In this document: positions 62,684-64,000 of the stretch, in pieces
Layout of the letters: the number at the start of each line of letters is the position of its first letter
Position numbering within the stretch: the stretch's first letter is position 1
Assembly: GCA_963804995.1 (NCBI GenBank)
Contig: CAWDSK010000002.1
Location: 544,001 to 608,000, forward strand
DNA: 64,000 nucleotides
Source: an uncultured Acidobacteriota bacterium
GTDB lineage: Bacteria; Acidobacteriota; Terriglobia; UBA7540
Reading direction: 5' to 3'
Notes under the pieces: model-generated
Told to the model about the DNA's origin: nothing
The model's input: only the letters and a program-made list of their open reading frames with translations
The model's database searches: none
Made by a program: the position numbers and the translations under genes

Positions 62684-64000
62684 TCACAGTTCAACGCTCC
62701 CTGGCGCAGCCAATTTCGCCTCCGCGGCATCGATAACCAATACCCAATCGTTCGAATCGGGCGGCGTGAAGTCGTGGCCCCCTACATTCGCATAAGTCCC
62801 GATCAGTGCTGTTGAGCCGTCACGGGGGTTGAACCACCAGCAATTCGCTTGACGGCTGACGCTCGTGATCTTGCTCATGTCCACACTCAAGGTTGTACTA
62901 TTCCCGTTCGGGATATACGAGATGATGGTCTGACCGTCACCGGTTCGGGCGGTTGTAGTCAGCGTCGAGCCTGAACCGTAGCCCGCCGTGACCACCGTGT
63001 GCCCAAGGTCCGGCGCCAGCTTCCAGTGCTCACGCGACCGGAAAAGCTTCCCGAACCATGACTGCCCCACCGACCCCGGCGAACCCAACTGGCTTTGCCA
63101 CGTACTCCCATTCTGGCAAGGCACCGCGGAAGCCGGGTTGGTCTCGTTGAAGCACCAGATTGGATTGTTGCCGAAAAAGCTTCCCAGATAGGCGCCGCTG
63201 AGAACACTCCAATATTGCCGCGTCCGCAGGCTGAGCGGAGTGCTCCCATGCTCACCCTCGTACTCATCTTCACCCTGGAAGAACGGCAGAAAATCGGGGC
63301 GCGTGAATTCCGAGTTGAGCTTGCTGACGCTCGCAGCGCCATACAAATCGCTGATATTGAGCCAGGGGTACCCCGACCACACATCCAGAGAGGATTGCTG
63401 GCCGGCGTTGTCGGCCGTCATCAGATGGATGGAATCGGCAGACTTGATCCCCGTCGCCACGGCGTCGAGCTTCCCCATAAGAGGAGGAAAGCAAGTGCGT
63501 GGATCAGCATCACAGCCCAGAACATAGATGATGTTCGGAAAAGCCTTGTATCGATTGCCAACATAGACGCCCCATGCCCTCATGACGGCATCGGAGGCAC
63601 TTGCCATGTCGGTCCCCCAACCTTCGTTTTTGATATTGCATTGGCCAGTTTCGTAACCCAGGTATGCAGGAAACAGAAACACCGTGATCCCGTGCGCGGC
63701 GGCGTGCCTTATTACATCATCGGCATGCGCGAAATAGGCTTCGTTGGGAGTGGAAAAAGTAGCTCCGATAAACGGCGCGTCCCCAGAGAAATCCGCCGGA
63801 GCGTGATCGGCGTACTGATGCTCGATCAAATTCACGATGATGGCGTTGAACCCTCGCGCGCTTCGATCCGCAAGATAGATTTCAACACCTGCATCGGAGG
63901 GTTGAGCGATCAAGGACCATGCCGCCTCCCCCGTGATGAATACTGGCTTGTTCGTAAGGGTGTTTATTAAGTGAGTTCTGTCCGGACTGAGTGCCATGAA
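62684..64000 (-). CDS. DUF4038/apiosidase-like protein with C-terminal collagen-binding-like domain; 5' end outside the window
   Basis: GEAAWSL, NEAYF.H.D, E..YEGE, WFNPRDG, DWVLV. Confidence 0.75.
   Translation of the reverse strand, partial: FMALSPDRTHLINTLTNKPVFITGEAAWSLIAQPSDAGVEIYLADRSARGFNAIIVNLIEHQYADHAPADFSGDAPFIGATFSTPNEAYFAHADDVIRHAAAHGITVFLFPAYLGYETGQCNIKNEGWGTDMASASDAVMRAWGVYVGNRYKAFPNIIYVLGCDADPRTCFPPLMGKLDAVATGIKSADSIHLMTADNAGQQSSLDVWSGYPWLNISDLYGAASVSKLNSEFTRPDFLPFFQGEDEYEGEHGSTPLSLRTRQYWSVLSGAYLGSFFGNNPIWCFNETNPASAVPCQNGSTWQSQLGSPGSVGQSWFGKLFRSREHWKLAPDLGHTVVTAGYGSGSTLTTTARTGDGQTIISYIPNGNSTTLSVDMSKITSVSRQANCWWFNPRDGSTALIGTYANVGGHDFTPPDSNDWVLVIDAAEAKLAAPGSVEL

Overview
GC-rich bacterial chromosomal window; gene style and repeats suggest Acidobacteriota (inference). 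The backbone encodes carbohydrate and amino-sugar enzymes, many with Tat or Sec leaders, plus a dissimilatory-type sat gene, a siroheme-pathway gene and merR followed by two tRNA-Pro genes. The intergenic spaces hold at least five REP/REPIN-like families, some amplified in tandem, two RAYT transposase remnants, seven toxin-antitoxin loci or remnants, and several mobile elements inserted inside REP repeats. The strongest signal is an intact group II intron (36383-38295) inserted precisely in a REPIN arm. Its EBS1/EBS3 pair with the REP sequence, and five empty copies of the target lie nearby. Other observations: IS256-like MITEs carrying a REP hairpin, an IS1182-like 99-bp MITE in a REP loop, an IS5 in a REPIN, and a candidate defence islet at 43.1-48.1 kb. 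Four independent frameshifts all read GACGTC->GACGTTC, probably a long-read basecalling footprint of a methylated motif.
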